From: Candidatus Fervidifonticultor sextus
GTDB lineage: Bacteria > Sysuimicrobiota > Sysuimicrobiia > Sysuimicrobiales > Humicultoraceae
NCBI GenBank assembly: GCA_031459875.1
Contig: JAVKHQ010000047.1
Span: forward strand, 1-17,890
Direction of reading: 5' to 3'
DNA: 17,890 bases
The first letter of the stretch is position 1. Each line of letters opens with the position of its first letter. A program made the translations under genes and the position numbers. The notes under the pieces are model-generated. The model did not search any database. It was not told the DNA's origin and saw only the letters and a program-made list of their open reading frames with translations. Positions 16,649 to 17,890 of this stretch are shown piece by piece.

Positions 16649-17752
16649 TCAGGCCGAGATTCGCGCCCTGTCTGAGGGAGGGGCGCGATTCGCTTTTGGA
16701 GAGGGGAAACGTCAGGAAAGAGGGCCCACAAACGCCCGCGTGCTAGGATGGCGTTGAGGACACAACCCTGGCACAGACGGAGCAGCCTATGGGCCCCACT
16801 CACTTGCGCCGATTCCTGCAGTACATCTCGAAGGTATACAGGTTCCCGGAGGTGGTCAAGGCCTACGACGACTACCGGCAGCACCCGCAGATTGCGCCGG
16901 CGCAGGTGTTCCTGGCGGTCTTCTGGCTGTGGGTGTTCCAGTGGCGCAGCCTGCACCAGTTGGAGCGGCGGATGGGGGAGCAGACGTGGCGGCACGCGCA
17001 GTTGGTGCCGGGGCGGTCGGGGAGCGGCCGGCGCGTGGCTGAACCGCGTGATCCCCCGCCTGTGGGTACTGGTGCGGCTGAAGGACCGCCGATACGCGAT
17101 CGTGCAGGACGTGGAAGGGCTATGGGCAGGCCAGCCGCCGGTGGCCAGCTGGGAACGAGGGGATGGGCAGCTCGTCCAGGCCTGGGAAGCGTGGGAGATT
17201 CGGAGCTGGGAGGAGGTGAGCGTGCCGCTGCGCGTGGTGCGGTTCCGGGAGGCCAGTCCGGATGGGGTGGTGCGCGATCACCTCTTGGCGACCACCTGCC
17301 CGGCCGCGATCAGCCTGCCGTACCTCTGGCGCTGTGCGCATGCGCGGTGGCAGATCGAGAACACGGGATTCCATGACCTCAAACACCACTGGCATGCCAG
17401 CCACTGTTACGTCCATCACCCGGTCGCCATCGAAGCGCTGCTGCTCATTGGGCTGCTGGCGGTGAATCTCCTGTGGGCCTATGTGTACCGGCACCTGGTG
17501 CCGTATGGGCATCGGGGGACGGTCTTGGAGATCGTCGAGGCGTTAGCGATCGGCTACCACCGATTGAGGGCGCCGCTCCGCTGGACCTGCCCCTACTGGG
17601 ATACGAGTTGACCGACTGGGCGATGCGAGGGTGGCCGTGACGGTGGCTGGCGCTCTTCCCCCTTGATCTCGATCTCCCTGTCCCCCTCGCCACCTGCCTT
17701 TGTACGACTCTCACCGACTGCAAGCACTTTCCCGCATCTTGCGGAATCCCTG
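16616..17752 (+). mobile_element. Insertion sequence, 1137 bp, non-autonomous deletion derivative (DDE_Tnp_1-type; ISAs1-like/ISNCY)
   Basis: Left end CAGGAATTCCCTAAG (16616-16630) vs reverse complement of the right end CAGGGATTCCGCAAG (17738-17752), 12/15 identical. Flanked by an exact 9-bp duplication GCGCGGGAG and contains transposase fragments. Confidence 0.9.
16789..17611 (+). pseudogene. DDE transposase pseudogene with internal deletion and frameshift near 17023-17026
   Basis: The N-terminal fragment MGPTHLRRFLQYISKVY...DYRQHPQI...RSLHQLE...GRSGS (16789-17025) is followed in the +1 frame by AAGAWLN...VLVRLK...LRVVR...LATT...ARWQIENTGFHDLKHHWHASHCYVH...DTS*. The Glu motif RWxIEN is present, but no segments with the two catalytic Asp are seen. 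Confidence 0.85.
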
Positions 17753-17761
17753 GCGCGGGAG
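17753..17761 (+). repeat. Target-site duplication, right copy (GCGCGGGAG)
   Basis: Identical to 16607-16615 and abuts the right inverted repeat. Confidence 0.9.
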
Positions 17762-17769
17762 CCTTCCGC

Positions 17770-17798
17770 TTGACGGCGCGCGCCCTCACGGGTATACT
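17770..17798 (+). promoter_or_regulatory. Near-consensus sigma70/sigmaA promoter for a transcript leaving the window
   Basis: TTGACG (17770-17775)-N17-TATACT (17793-17798). Confidence 0.8.
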
Positions 17799-17811
17799 CC
17801 TCGTGAGTTCT

Positions 17812-17839
17812 CCGACCGCCGGGTACACCCGGCGGTCGG
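17812..17839 (+). other. Perfect 12-bp GC-rich hairpin just downstream of the promoter
   Basis: CCGACCGCCGGG-TACA-CCCGGCGGTCGG. Confidence 0.8.
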
Positions 17840-17890
17840 TATCCCTTTGTGGCGGCCCGGATGCCGAACCGCAACATCAAGCCCACGAAC

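Noticed and set aside
17023..17026. Programmed ribosomal frameshift in the transposase
   Set aside because: No slippery sequence, and the joined product would still lack both catalytic Asp regions.

Overview
Very GC-rich bacterial chromosomal segment, mostly housekeeping and metabolic genes. The gene set and the tRNA-tilS-ftsH order suggest a Terrabacteria-type lineage; this is inference only. Order: two coupled membrane-protein genes (-, the first truncated at the left edge), a small frameshifted ORF (+), a lipoprotein and a DinB-family gene (-), then on + an SQR-like flavoprotein, EamA transporter, pilT, rpoZ, BsuPI-domain protein, elongator tRNA-Met(CAU), tilS, ftsH, a nicotinamidase-like cysteine hydrolase, a membrane-anchored protein and an ASCH protein. 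Next come kptA/tpt1 (-), then ftcD-hutI-birA and an uncharacterised conserved protein (+). The 3' end of that last gene carries a 1137-bp insertion sequence (16616-17752) with imperfect 15-bp terminal inverted repeats, an exact 9-bp target duplication and an internally deleted DDE transposase. The window ends with a near-consensus sigma70 promoter followed by two hairpins. No CRISPR array, prophage or recognisable defence island is seen. The best-supported unusual items are the IS anatomy, the frameshifted ORF, a recurring sigmaH-like promoter motif and the structured leader. The best candidate for an undescribed system, a nicotinamidase/ASCH/Tpt1 cluster, is speculative.
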